29,754 bases of DNA from an uncultured Thermococci archaeon (lineage in GTDB: Archaea; CAYQAE01; CAYVLA01), in assembly GCA_964549615.1 (NCBI GenBank), contig CAZJVP010000103.1, positions 1-29,754 of the forward strand, written 5' to 3'. Made by a program: the position numbers and the translations under genes. Positions 1 to 9,173 of the stretch are shown in pieces (position 1 is the first letter of the stretch; every line of letters begins with the position of its first letter). The notes under the pieces were generated by a model, which saw nothing but the letters and a program-made list of their open reading frames with translations, was not told the origin of the DNA and did no database searches.

Positions 1-95
1 ATGCCGTAGACAGCTGCGATCTTCTTCTCGGTCATCTCTCCCTTCTCTTTCTGGCGTATGATCCATCGAATCCTTGAGTCGGTTAGCTTGACCAC
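1..95 (-). CDS. IS481-family transposase, N-terminal HTH fragment (partial)
   Basis: Not in the ORF track. GTG at 95 opens (M)VKLTDSRIRWIIRQKEKGEMTEKKIAAVYG and runs off the window. It resembles the 'KLxxxKIRWIIRxKxKG...IA...GI' start of archaeal IS481 transposases (recalled, not searched). Confidence 0.7.
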   Translation of the reverse strand, partial: MVKLTDSRIRWIIRQKEKGEMTEKKIAAVYG

Positions 96-142
96 CGACC
101 CGGCCCAAACAGGGGGCGGAAATAAATTTCGGATAACGCACA
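1..142 (-). mobile_element. Left end of an IS481-family (ISA0963-like) insertion sequence, truncated by the window edge
   Basis: The minus strand from 142 reads TGTGCGTTATCCGAAATTTATTTCCGCC. A 5'-TGT end is typical of IS481 terminal inverted repeats. An AT-rich block follows, and a transposase-like N-terminus begins ~47 nt inside. The other end and any target duplication lie outside the window. Confidence 0.65.
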
Positions 143-206
143 GAATCGAGGAGCGAATCGACTCGCAAACCGTTGCGATATAGCGGTCAACCTGCGTCCA
201 GGATGG

Positions 207-1352
207 CTACCTGCGACGCGCGCGTTTCCTCCTCCTCTCGGCCCTGCCTGCCGCCGCGCCAAGCCTGCCTTTCCTATTGCGAGCGACCTGGACGGCCAGG
301 ACCGCCGTCGCGAAGACTATCCCGCTGGCGACCCAAAGGTAGATTCTCGAGGTCCTGGAAAGCGCGAGGCGCGCTTGCTCCCAGTGCTGCGCGGTCATCG
401 TGCCGAACCTAAACAACACAACCCCGTCAGCCCCCGACTTGACGGCCGAGGCCACGGCCCGGTTCACCTCGATCGGAGTGACGTCGTAGCCCTGTATGCC
501 GGCCCACACGCTCTTCGCCCCCTCTGCTTTCAGCGCCTGGACGCACGAACCCACCCAGACGGCGTCCCGACCGACCAACGCGTGGTAGCTGTTCGGCACA
601 AGGAAATCCGCAAGCCTGGAAAGCTCCGCCACGTCTTGGCCGCTTGCAAGCCTCTCGGATTCCTCGACCATGCGAATGAAGATCGAGAGCTTCAAGCCGG
701 CCGCGTCGATCACCCGCTTGACTGCCTTGACGGTGTCCAGGATCCTGCCATTCCTCCACTCCAGGAACTTGCCGAGAAGGTACTCGCTGCCGGTCAGGAC
801 TGAGGCGGAGATGTTCAAGCCAACGAACGAGGAGAAGGCCCCCAGGGTCTCGTTGTCGAAGGGCCCGAAGGGCACGTAGAGGTAGTCGAGGAAGATCCCG
901 CTCGGCTGAAGATCCGAGATGATCTGCTGCACCCATCCCACGAGCTTGGAGCGGTAGGCGAGGCTTGCCGGGTTGACCCAACCCCGGACCACGGATCCGT
1001 TGATGGACTGAAACGCCTCCTCGGGATGAGCTTCAAGGTACCTAGCGTTGCTATAGACGGTTAGCCACGCGTGCACCTGGATGTCCCTCGGGAGCGAGGA
1101 TCTGAGGCGGCTGAGCATCTCCATCTCCTCCGATGTGGGCGGCATGGGGACCAGCATGAAGATGGCGCCAACTCCGTAGTTGTTCAGCGCTTGGCATATC
1201 TGCTGCGGGTCCTTGCCTTCCATCTCGTCGGGCCTGATCCACACCCCCATGGTGACCTCCCGGCTTGCCGCCTCAACCGAGATCGAGGCGAGAAGAGACA
1301 AGCAAAGGCACGCGCAGAGCCGGCTACCCGATCTGGAAAACCTGTTCCGCAA
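207..1352 (-). CDS. Membrane-anchored glycoside hydrolase-like protein (GHL10/DUF187-like TIM barrel)
   Basis: Part of ORF 207..1574. The likely start is TTG 1352 (MRNRFSRSGSRLCACLCLSLLASISVEAA, a signal peptide); ATG 1400 is an alternative. Motifs MGVWI, VHAWL, WVNPAS, SGIFLDY, ADGVVLF. C-terminal TM helix (IYLWVASGIVFATAVLAV) and an Arg-rich tail. Confidence 0.65.
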   Translation of the reverse strand: MRNRFSRSGSRLCACLCLSLLASISVEAASREVTMGVWIRPDEMEGKDPQQICQALNNYGVGAIFMLVPMPPTSEEMEMLSRLRSSLPRDIQVHAWLTVYSNARYLEAHPEEAFQSINGSVVRGWVNPASLAYRSKLVGWVQQIISDLQPSGIFLDYLYVPFGPFDNETLGAFSSFVGLNISASVLTGSEYLLGKFLEWRNGRILDTVKAVKRVIDAAGLKLSIFIRMVEESERLASGQDVAELSRLADFLVPNSYHALVGRDAVWVGSCVQALKAEGAKSVWAGIQGYDVTPIEVNRAVASAVKSGADGVVLFRFGTMTAQHWEQARLALSRTSRIYLWVASGIVFATAVLAVQVARNRKGRLGAAAGRAERRRKRARRR

Positions 1353-1602
1353 AGCCGATCGGCTTGGAAGGATGTCCCTTGGTCGTGACGATTGGCTCAT
1401 ACTTCCTGCCAAACCTGAGCGTGACTTGGCTCCCGTAGTAGTACCTCCGCCTGCCCATCGTTGCCTCCGAATCGACCCTGGCCCCCCTTTCCGTGAGAAG
1501 GACATCGAAGAAACGCCTGCCGTCGATGCTAAACCTGCAGCCGTCGCGGGTCTTGGTCGAGATGAGCTGCGCATCCCGCGGGTACTGGACGTAGATCTTC
1601 AC
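1324..1602 (-). CDS. Small hypothetical protein (~92 aa, beta-rich, basic)
   Basis: GTG 1602 (VKIYVQYPRDAQ...) is preceded by GGGAG and a TTTTAA box at ~1625-1630. Composition is protein-like and the stop overlaps the start of the hydrolase gene. Confidence 0.55.
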   Translation of the reverse strand: MKIYVQYPRDAQLISTKTRDGCRFSIDGRRFFDVLLTERGARVDSEATMGRRRYYYGSQVTLRFGRKYEPIVTTKGHPSKPIGFAEQVFQIG

Positions 1603-1709
1603 GTGCAGGACTCCCGTCCCAACTCTTAAAAGTGTGACAGACAAGAGATGGGCCTGGTTGAGGCAAAGAGTGGACAAGACAGATATACGCGAAGGCACAA
1701 TTCGGGCAC

Positions 1710-3062
1710 ATGCGCCCGACACTGATCAAGCACTTGAAGCGAAACTTCGAGGAGTATGTGGAAGAGCTCTGCGCCTTCGTGAAGAAGCCCAGCGTCTCGG
1801 CGACCGGGGAGGGAATCCGCTCCTGTGCATCCTTCCTTGCCCAGCGCATGGCCGAGTATGGCATCCATACCGAAACGCGCGAGCTGCCAGGGGGCAACCC
1901 CATCATCCTGGGAAAGGTTTCCGGGCTGAGGAAGGACAGGACGCTGCTTGTCTACGATCATTATGACGTCCAGCCTGCCGACCCGCTCGACGCGTGGGAG
2001 TTCGATCCTTTCTCCGGGCGGGTTGAGCAAGACCGGGTACTGGGAAGGGGCGCTGCGGACAGCAAGGGCAACCTCATGGCCTATCTGTCCGCGATCAGGC
2101 TGCTCTCCGAGACCGGAGGGTTGCCCATGTCTGTGACCTTGCTCTTCGAAGGCGAGGAGGAGATCGGCAGCCCGCACCTTGCGGACTTCATCGATTCCCA
2201 TTCATCCGAGCTAGCCTCGGACGCCGTGGTTTGCTGCGACGGCGAGATGGACCCATCCGGCAGGCCCATGATCAGTCTGGGGATGAAGGGACTGATCTAC
2301 GTTGAGCTTCGTTGCAGAAAGCTGAAGAGGGACGTACACTCATCCAAGGCATCCCTTCTGCCGAGCGCCTCCTGGCGAATCGTGAAGGCGCTGAACGAGC
2401 TGACGGATGCGGACGGTCGCATATCGATCCCGGGCTGGAGGGAGGGGATCGTCGAGCCGAGCACACACGACCTCAACCTTCTGAGGGAGATCCCGTTCGA
2501 TGAGGATCGGATCAAGGCGGAGTTCGGCGTCTCGGATTTCCTTCACGGAAAATCCGGATTCCAAGCCCTCCGAGACTTCCTCTACGAGCCCACCTGCAAC
2601 ATAGCCGGCCTGATCGCCGGCTACCAAGGGGAGGGATCCAAGACAGTCCTTCCGGCCGAGGCGAGGGCCAAGCTGGATCTGCGGCTCGTCTACGATCAGG
2701 ACGCCGACAGATGTCTGAGCCTCCTTAGGGAGCACCTCAAGAGCAGAGGATTCGGTGACGTCGAGGTGTCGGTGTTCGGCAAGATCAACCCATCCCATAC
2801 TCCTTCGGACGCGCCCATCGCCAGGGCCGCCGCAGAGGCGGCAACGGCCGTCTACCGGGAGAAGCCGGTCATCTATCCCAAGCACCATGCATCCGGTCCA
2901 GACTGCCTCTTCACCAAGAACCTCGGCCTGCACTCCGTGTGGACGGGCTGCGCGCCGGGGAACGGGCGGGCGCATGCGCCCAACGAGTTCATTGGGCTTG
3001 AGGACTTCAGGCTCGGAATCCTCTACGCATGCGAGCTCATCAGCCGATTCGCCCAAAACTGA
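1710..3062 (+). CDS. M20/M25/M40 family metallo-peptidase/deacylase (ArgE/DapE/dipeptidase-like)
   Basis: Metal-binding motifs YDHYDVQPADP, GRGAADSKG, FEGEEEIGS and C-terminal HAPNE. Confidence 0.92.
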   Translation: MRPTLIKHLKRNFEEYVEELCAFVKKPSVSATGEGIRSCASFLAQRMAEYGIHTETRELPGGNPIILGKVSGLRKDRTLLVYDHYDVQPADPLDAWEFDPFSGRVEQDRVLGRGAADSKGNLMAYLSAIRLLSETGGLPMSVTLLFEGEEEIGSPHLADFIDSHSSELASDAVVCCDGEMDPSGRPMISLGMKGLIYVELRCRKLKRDVHSSKASLLPSASWRIVKALNELTDADGRISIPGWREGIVEPSTHDLNLLREIPFDEDRIKAEFGVSDFLHGKSGFQALRDFLYEPTCNIAGLIAGYQGEGSKTVLPAEARAKLDLRLVYDQDADRCLSLLREHLKSRGFGDVEVSVFGKINPSHTPSDAPIARAAAEAATAVYREKPVIYPKHHASGPDCLFTKNLGLHSVWTGCAPGNGRAHAPNEFIGLEDFRLGILYACELISRFAQN

Positions 3063-3063
3063 A

Positions 3064-3079
3064 TGAAAGAGATTTCAAG
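3064..3079 (+). promoter_or_regulatory. BRE/TATA-position element of pdaD containing the palindrome TGAAA-N4-TTTCA
   Basis: TGAAAGAGATTTCAAG ends 24 nt before the ATG at 3103. A 13/15 match lies at 18436-18450. Confidence 0.45.
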
Positions 3080-3102
3080 ACAGATTCCCGCTGAGATCTC
3101 AT

Positions 3103-3570
3103 ATGAACCTCTTGGTCCCATCAAGGTTCTACGTGACGTCGGGGAAAGCCGTCTCCGAGGTCTCCGAGCTGAACGCATTCGATCGTGCGCTCTGTGACGC
3201 CGGCATCGCGGAGTACAACCTGGTTCCGGTATCCTCGGTCCTGCCTGCCAAAGCCCAGAGGATTAAGTCCCTCCAGCTTCCCCGAGGCGCGATACTGCAC
3301 TGCGTGCTGGCTCAGATGCACGGGGACGAGGGCGAGACGATCTCGGCGGGCATCGCGTACGCATTCAGGAAGGACGGTCAGGGAGGCTACGTCGCTGAGG
3401 GCCACGGTCACCTCGAGATGAAGGCCATGAAAGAGATACTTGGCTGGAAGATGAGCGAGATGGCCTCCTTCAGGGGCATCGAACTGAAGCCGGTGAGGTA
3501 CCTGATCGAGGAACTCTCCGTATCGATGGACCACTACGGGGCGTGCATCGCGGCGTTGGCCCTCATCTAG
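3103..3570 (+). CDS. pdaD: Pyruvoyl-dependent arginine decarboxylase
   Basis: SELNAFDRALCDAGIAEYNLVPVSSVLP carries the Ser-Ser autocleavage site; also ISAGIA and GYVAE. 155 aa. Confidence 0.92.
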   Translation: MNLLVPSRFYVTSGKAVSEVSELNAFDRALCDAGIAEYNLVPVSSVLPAKAQRIKSLQLPRGAILHCVLAQMHGDEGETISAGIAYAFRKDGQGGYVAEGHGHLEMKAMKEILGWKMSEMASFRGIELKPVRYLIEELSVSMDHYGACIAALALI

Positions 3571-3580
3571 CCGGCTGCGA

Positions 3581-4666
3581 TCATCCCTCGAGAACGACGG
3601 AATTCTCCGGCATCCATCCTACCTCGGCTTGATCGCCGATCGAGTAGTCTGCCTTGGAGTTCTTCATCTGGCACTCGACCCTGAGCGTGGTGCCGTCGAC
3701 GAGCCTGACGACATAAATGGATGAAGAACCTCTGTAGATCTCATCCACTATGCGGCACTTGAAACGATTCGAATGCGGCGGCACCTTTCCCAGGTAAATC
3801 TTTTCGGGCCTCACCGATATGGATATGGGAGACCCGGGGCCGCCGATGTGGTGCGACGGTGGGAGCATGACCTTGAGGCCCGAGACGTCCATGATCGTGG
3901 GCACGCCATCTTGCATGCGATGGACCCTCCCGGAGAGCACGTTCGTCTCGCCGATGAAGCCTGCCACGAACCTGGTCTTCGGCCTCTCGTATATGTCCTC
4001 CGCCCTTCCGACCTGCTCCAACCTGCCCTGGTTCATGACGCCGATGCGATCCGACATGGCCAAGGCTTCCTCCTGGTCGTGCGTAACGTAGAGGAATGTG
4101 ATCTTCAGGCTTTCCTGAAGGTTCTTGAGCTCAACCTGCATCTGTTTTCGGAGCCTGAGGTCGAGTGCCCCCAGCGGCTCGTCCAGAAGGAGCACCATTG
4201 GCTCTAGGACGAGGGATCTCGCCAAGGCGACCCTCTGCTGCTGCCCGCCGCTGAGCTGCTTGGGCTTCCTCTTCTCGAAGCCGGACAGATCAACCAGCCT
4301 CAGCATGGCCTCGACCTTCCGTTTGATCTCGTCTTTCGGGACCTTCGAGATCCTCAGGCCGAAGGCCACGTTGTCGAAGACGTTCATGTGCGGGAAGAGA
4401 GCGTAGCTCTGGAACACCGTCGTCACGGGCCTCTCGTAGGGAGGAACATCATTCATCAGTTGGCCGCCGACGTAGATCCTTCCGCTGGTTGGGGTCTCGA
4501 ATCCCCCGATCAAACGCAAGGTGGTGGTTTTGCCGCATCCGCTCGGACCCAAGAGCGAGAAGAACTCGCCTTTCTTGATGGATAGAGAGACATCGTCGAC
4601 TGCCACCACATCGCCGAAGACCTTCGTCACATCCTCCAACACGACGACGTTCTCATCCCCCGCCAT
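3581..4666 (-). CDS. potA: Spermidine/putrescine ABC transporter ATP-binding subunit
   Basis: Walker [30 protein letters not shown]-terminal TOBE-like region. ATG 4666 follows GGGAGG. Confidence 0.93.
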   Translation of the reverse strand: MAGDENVVVLEDVTKVFGDVVAVDDVSLSIKKGEFFSLLGPSGCGKTTTLRLIGGFETPTSGRIYVGGQLMNDVPPYERPVTTVFQSYALFPHMNVFDNVAFGLRISKVPKDEIKRKVEAMLRLVDLSGFEKRKPKQLSGGQQQRVALARSLVLEPMVLLLDEPLGALDLRLRKQMQVELKNLQESLKITFLYVTHDQEEALAMSDRIGVMNQGRLEQVGRAEDIYERPKTRFVAGFIGETNVLSGRVHRMQDGVPTIMDVSGLKVMLPPSHHIGGPGSPISISVRPEKIYLGKVPPHSNRFKCRIVDEIYRGSSSIYVVRLVDGTTLRVECQMKNSKADYSIGDQAEVGWMPENSVVLEG

Positions 4667-4680
4667 CAAAGTCCTCCCAC

Positions 4681-5778
4681 TCAGGCTAGGACTTCTGTCC
4701 AGACCTGGTTCATCTGCTGTGTGTACTCTCCCATCTCTTCCAAGAACTCAAGGCGGGCCATGACGTCCTCGGGCGGATAGATCGAGGGATCGTTAATGAT
4801 CTCCGGGTTGGTGAATTCGTACGACGCTTCGTTGGGGTTGGCGTACCACACGTAGTTGGATATCCCGGCGCTGACCTCCGGCCGAAGGATGTAGTTGATG
4901 AACTCGTGCGCCAGATCCTTGTGCGGGGCGTCCTTGAGGATGGCCATGTTGTCCATCCAGATGATCGTCCCCTCCTCCGGGATGGCGTACCGGACATCCT
5001 CATTATCGGCCGCCACCTGGTAGATGTCTCCGGACCAACCCTGGGACAGCCACGCATCCCCCTGGGCCAGCATGTTCATGTAGGTGTCGGTCGTGTAGGA
5101 TAGCACGAGAGGCTTCTGTTCAAGGAGCTTGGCCTTGACCTCCTGGAGATGGTCGGGATTGTTGTCGTTGACCGAGTAGCCCAAGAACTTAAGGGTCGTC
5201 CCTATGACCTCCCGCATCTCCTTGAGCATCGTTATCCTGCCCTTGTACTTCGGATCCCACAGTATGCCCCAGCCCTTCACCTCTTCGGTGACCTTCGCCG
5301 AGTTGTAGCCGATGCCGGTGGTGCCCCACTGGTAGGGGATGCTGTACTTGTACTGCTCCTTCGGTGGGCCCGGGTCGAAGGGCGGTGCCCTGAACTTCTC
5401 CCCGATGTTCTTGAAGTTCGTGATCCTATCCATGTCCAACGGCTCAAGCAGCCCGGACTTGCGCAGTATTTGCACGGCATAGTCGGAAGGCACTATGACG
5501 TCGTAGCCGGTTGCCCCTGACTGTATCTTCGCAAGAAGCTCATCGTTGCTCGAGTAGTTGTCGTAGTTCACCTTGCAACCGAACTCCCTCTCGAAATCCC
5601 TGATCGTCGTCTCTCCTATGTAGTCCGACCAGTTGTAGACGTTCAGCTGCTCTTTCTTCGAAAGGAGACATCCGCCGAGCGACGAGGCCGCTGCCAACGT
5701 CCCCACCGCCGCAATTCCCTTTACGAACCTCCTGCGGGTCAGCGACGGTCCGAGGTTCCATGCCTGGTTCTTCGTCAT
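4681..5778 (-). CDS. potD: Polyamine ABC transporter substrate-binding protein, Tat lipoprotein
   Basis: [50 protein letters not shown]. The N-terminus has a twin-arginine motif (TRRRFVK) and a lipobox (LGGC). Confidence 0.92.
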   Translation of the reverse strand: MTKNQAWNLGPSLTRRRFVKGIAAVGTLAAASSLGGCLLSKKEQLNVYNWSDYIGETTIRDFEREFGCKVNYDNYSSNDELLAKIQSGATGYDVIVPSDYAVQILRKSGLLEPLDMDRITNFKNIGEKFRAPPFDPGPPKEQYKYSIPYQWGTTGIGYNSAKVTEEVKGWGILWDPKYKGRITMLKEMREVIGTTLKFLGYSVNDNNPDHLQEVKAKLLEQKPLVLSYTTDTYMNMLAQGDAWLSQGWSGDIYQVAADNEDVRYAIPEEGTIIWMDNMAILKDAPHKDLAHEFINYILRPEVSAGISNYVWYANPNEASYEFTNPEIINDPSIYPPEDVMARLEFLEEMGEYTQQMNQVWTEVLA

Positions 5779-6588
5779 TTACCTTTCCCTTCCTATCCTC
5801 TGCGACGCGAAGATTATCACCGTGGATGCCAAGACCACGAGCGTGGATATTGCATTGATCTCAGGGTTGACGCCGAACTTTATCATGGAGTAGATCTTCA
5901 GCGGCAATGTGGTCGCGCCAACTCCGGATATGAAGAAAGTTATGACGAAGTCGTCAAAGGAAAGCGTGAATGCGAGAAGCGCGCCCGCCAGAATGCCGGG
6001 CTTTATGATCGGCAACGTAACCTTCAGGAATGTCTGTAGCCTGCTTGCCCCCAGGTCCATCGCGGCCTCCTCGACGGCCCGATCCGTGTCGGCAAGCCTT
6101 GCCGAGACGACGACGGTCACGAATGAGATATTGAATACCACGTGACCGATGATGATCGTGGAGAGTCCGAGCTTGATGCCCAGGAGAACAAGAAACCCAA
6201 GAAGCGAGATCCCCATGATTATCTCGGGCATTATGATCGGCATGTAGATCAGGGTGTCGAAGAAGCCCCGCATCCTGACGTGGAACCTGTTGAGCCCGTA
6301 CGCCGTCACGGTCCCTATCACGGTCGAGATCGCTGTGGACACGATGGCGACGATCATGGTGTTCTTGAAAGCGGTCAGTACAGATTGGTTTGCGAGGAGA
6401 CGGCCGTACCATGCCAAGGTGAAACCCCTCCACGCAGCATTGAGCTTGGAGTCGTTGAATGAGAAAATAACCAGCACGACGATGGGGGCATAGAGGAAGA
6501 AAAACACCAGTAGCGTGTGCACCTTCAGCGCGGTCCCTCCCCGCCGCTCGATTACGCGATTGCTGATCTTGGGAACTGCGACGTGCAT
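5779..6588 (-). CDS. potC: Polyamine ABC transporter permease (PotC type)
   Basis: FLYAPIVVLVIFSFN, EEAAMDLGA, SFDDFVITFF, TTLPLKIYS. The ATG at 6588 overlaps the potB stop (TGATG). Confidence 0.92.
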   Translation of the reverse strand: MHVAVPKISNRVIERRGGTALKVHTLLVFFFLYAPIVVLVIFSFNDSKLNAAWRGFTLAWYGRLLANQSVLTAFKNTMIVAIVSTAISTVIGTVTAYGLNRFHVRMRGFFDTLIYMPIIMPEIIMGISLLGFLVLLGIKLGLSTIIIGHVVFNISFVTVVVSARLADTDRAVEEAAMDLGASRLQTFLKVTLPIIKPGILAGALLAFTLSFDDFVITFFISGVGATTLPLKIYSMIKFGVNPEINAISTLVVLASTVIIFASQRIGRER

Positions 6589-7490
6589 CACATCAGCTCG
6601 ATTCTCTCTTGGCCAGAGACCCTGAAGTACACGAACATGCACACGAGGACGAAGGCGAGGAGGATGAACGATACCGCCGAGCCGAAGGCCCAGTTCCTCG
6701 CCTCCAGGAACTGGTTCTGGATCAGGTTCCCTATCATCCACTGCTTCGACCCACCAAGGAGGTCGGGGATGACGAAGGAGCCGATGGTCGGGATGAAGAC
6801 CAGCATCACCCCAGCCACCACGCCGGGCATCGTGTTCGGAAGCGTCACGCTCAGGAAGGCCTTGATCCTGTTTGCCCCGAGGTCCAATGCGGCCTCAAGA
6901 AGGGAAAAATCCATCTTCTCGATGGACGCGTAAAGAGGCAGGATCATGAAGGGGAGGTAGATGTCGACGAACCCAAGGATCACCGCGCCGGGGGTGTACA
7001 GCAGCTTGAGGGGGCTCTGGATGATGCCCAATGACCTAAGCAGCGTGTTCACGATCCCCTCGCTACGAAGGATCGTCATCCATGCGTAGGCCCGTACAAG
7101 CGTGCTCGTCCAGAAAGGCAGCATCACGAGAACTATGAGGGAGTTCTTCCACCTGGGGGCGCGCGTGGAGATATAGTAGGCGACGGGATATCCGACCAAG
7201 AGACAGATGACGGTAGTCACCACGGAGATCCAGATCGACCTCAGGAACACTCGGAAGTACAGTGGCGAAAGAAACCTCGCGTAGTTCTGCAGCGTGAAGC
7301 TGAAAACCACGCCACCGTACGCACTCGGCCGAGAGAAGCTGTATGCGAACACGATGAACAGCGGTATGAGAAAGAAAAGGACGAGCCAAAGCAGACAGGG
7401 CGAAAAGATCGCAAGCACCGCTAGCCGATGCCTCACGGGCATCCATATTCTGAGGATCTGAGCCGGCACGCGACCGTCAAGATACTCCAT
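6588..7490 (-). CDS. potB: Polyamine ABC transporter permease (PotB type)
   Basis: LPFWTSTLVRAYAW, YLPFMILPLY, LEAALDLGA, PDLLGG, NWAFGSA. Start placed at ATG 7490, downstream of TTTAA at ~7532-7536; ATG 7442 is an alternative. Confidence 0.92.
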   Translation of the reverse strand: MEYLDGRVPAQILRIWMPVRHRLAVLAIFSPCLLWLVLFFLIPLFIVFAYSFSRPSAYGGVVFSFTLQNYARFLSPLYFRVFLRSIWISVVTTVICLLVGYPVAYYISTRAPRWKNSLIVLVMLPFWTSTLVRAYAWMTILRSEGIVNTLLRSLGIIQSPLKLLYTPGAVILGFVDIYLPFMILPLYASIEKMDFSLLEAALDLGANRIKAFLSVTLPNTMPGVVAGVMLVFIPTIGSFVIPDLLGGSKQWMIGNLIQNQFLEARNWAFGSAVSFILLAFVLVCMFVYFRVSGQERIELM

Positions 7491-7726
7491 CTCGATAGGC
7501 TGCGAACGACGCTCACGCCGAGCACTCGCTCTTAAATGTTCCATAACGCGAGCGTTGGACTTTCGCTCAAGAATGCGGCTCGACGTCGAAGCCGTCCGTT
7601 CGGCGAATGCTCGGGTTCTGCGAGAAACCCCTCAGCGCCCGCGTCGCAGAGCCCAGACGATTTCACCAGGGCCAGACAATCTGACGAGTGCCCCAAGACA
7701 CCGGCCCAGTTCATCACGCAACCAGG

Positions 7727-9037
7727 TCATTCCAAGTCGATGTTGTACTTCGAGCAGTGCAGCTTGCCCGACTTCACCGAGTTGTACTTGCACCTTCCGC
7801 AGAGCTCCTTCGACGGCACGCCATTGCACAGTTGCCAAGGCGGGTTCTCGGTTCTCTTCCGCTCCTTCCGCTTGGCTCGGATTTCCTCTGCCTGCCTTCT
7901 CTTCTCGAGCTCTTCCTGCGTTGGCTTGAAGAACTTCACCTTCGCCACGACTGCGACGGCCACGACCGCAACCAAGGCGCTGACCATGAGGACCATCTGC
8001 CTCATCTGCGCAGCTGCGGCGCCGGGGTAGTAGCGGTTCAGGCCCTTGGCCGTACCGATCCAGATGTAGTCGCCAGCAGGGGCGACGACCTTCACGTCGT
8101 TTGAGACAAGCCCCTTCTTCTCGTTCACCACTTTGGTCTTGCCGCCCTTGATGATCGCGACGCCTTTCCTCGTCCCGACCCACGTCTCGTCGTCCCTGAA
8201 GCCTATGCTGGTGATCCACACATCTGGGAGGTCGCCCTCTCCGTACGATGTCCACTTCCCGCTGGATTGATCCAGCACATGGACGCCTTCCCTCGTCCCA
8301 ACCCAGACCGACCCCCCGTGGACCGCCACGCAGTTGATCACCTTCACGCCCTGGATCGGCACCTGGATCGTCTCGAACGTGCCCTTCTCCGTGTCGAACT
8401 TGCTCAGACCATCGCTTGTGCCGACCCAGACGATCTTCCCGTCGACGGCGAGGCTCTCTATTCCCCTCGCCGGAAGTCCATCCTTGACCTGCCACTGCGA
8501 CCACTTCATGGTGGATGTGTCTAGGGAGCCCAAGCCGTCGTTGGTCCCGTACCAGATAACGGTGCCGCTCTTCGCCAGACACTTGACATCCTCCGCGACC
8601 AGGCCGTCACTGGGCATATACGTCTTGAAGGCCTGCTTCACCTCGAATGGGTCTAGCTCCGCCAGCTTCTTCGTGTCTAGGACGCAAAGGCCGCGAGGGG
8701 TGCCAAACCACACCCTGTCGCCGTCGATTAGGATGTCCCACACCTTTTCGAACGACAAGCCCTCATTTGGCGTGTAGGTGCTGAAGTTGCCCGTGGAGGG
8801 GTCCAGCAGACTAACTCCGCCCTGCAAGGGAGCCTCGGGATCGGGGTCGACGTAGACCGTGCCAACCCAGACCGTGGACCCAGAAACATCCAAGGAGATC
8901 ACCTGGTCCCCCACCATCCCGTTGACCTTGCCGTAGAACTCCCATGCCTTCTGGGCACAGTATCCTGGGGATGAGACGGCCAATGCCACCCCGATCGTGA
9001 AAAGACACAGGGTTAGGTGATGAAATCGTCGTGACAA
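7727..9037 (-). CDS. Type I membrane protein: signal peptide, beta-propeller (Reg_prop-like repeats), TM helix, cytoplasmic Cys4 tail
   Basis: TTG 9037 follows AGGAGG. Seven repeats of the xWxGTxxGL...(D/K)GL type (VWVGT, VWFGT, IWYGT, VWVGT, VWVGT, TWVGT, IWIGT). TM segment MVLMVSALVAVVAVAVVA, then a charged helix and C-x8-C-x2-C-x11-C at the C-terminus. Confidence 0.8.
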   Translation of the reverse strand: MSRRFHHLTLCLFTIGVALAVSSPGYCAQKAWEFYGKVNGMVGDQVISLDVSGSTVWVGTVYVDPDPEAPLQGGVSLLDPSTGNFSTYTPNEGLSFEKVWDILIDGDRVWFGTPRGLCVLDTKKLAELDPFEVKQAFKTYMPSDGLVAEDVKCLAKSGTVIWYGTNDGLGSLDTSTMKWSQWQVKDGLPARGIESLAVDGKIVWVGTSDGLSKFDTEKGTFETIQVPIQGVKVINCVAVHGGSVWVGTREGVHVLDQSSGKWTSYGEGDLPDVWITSIGFRDDETWVGTRKGVAIIKGGKTKVVNEKKGLVSNDVKVVAPAGDYIWIGTAKGLNRYYPGAAAAQMRQMVLMVSALVAVVAVAVVAKVKFFKPTQEELEKRRQAEEIRAKRKERKRTENPPWQLCNGVPSKELCGRCKYNSVKSGKLHCSKYNIDLE

Positions 9038-9133
9038 AGCGCTTCCTCCTTGGTGTGAAACCCGGGCTTGGATAGAAAAGTCTTCCGGTGTGTGGCAGTG
9101 CATGCGGCGGGCAACTCTCTTTCACCCCGGGGT

Positions 9134-9149
9134 AGAGGAGCTTTTTTAT
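9134..9149 (+). promoter_or_regulatory. Putative BRE/TATA of the RadA-like gene
   Basis: AGAGGAGCTTTTTTAT ends 25 nt before ATG 9174, the spacing expected for a leaderless transcript. Confidence 0.5.
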
Positions 9150-9173
9150 CGGCCTTCACGGTCGAAACTGACG

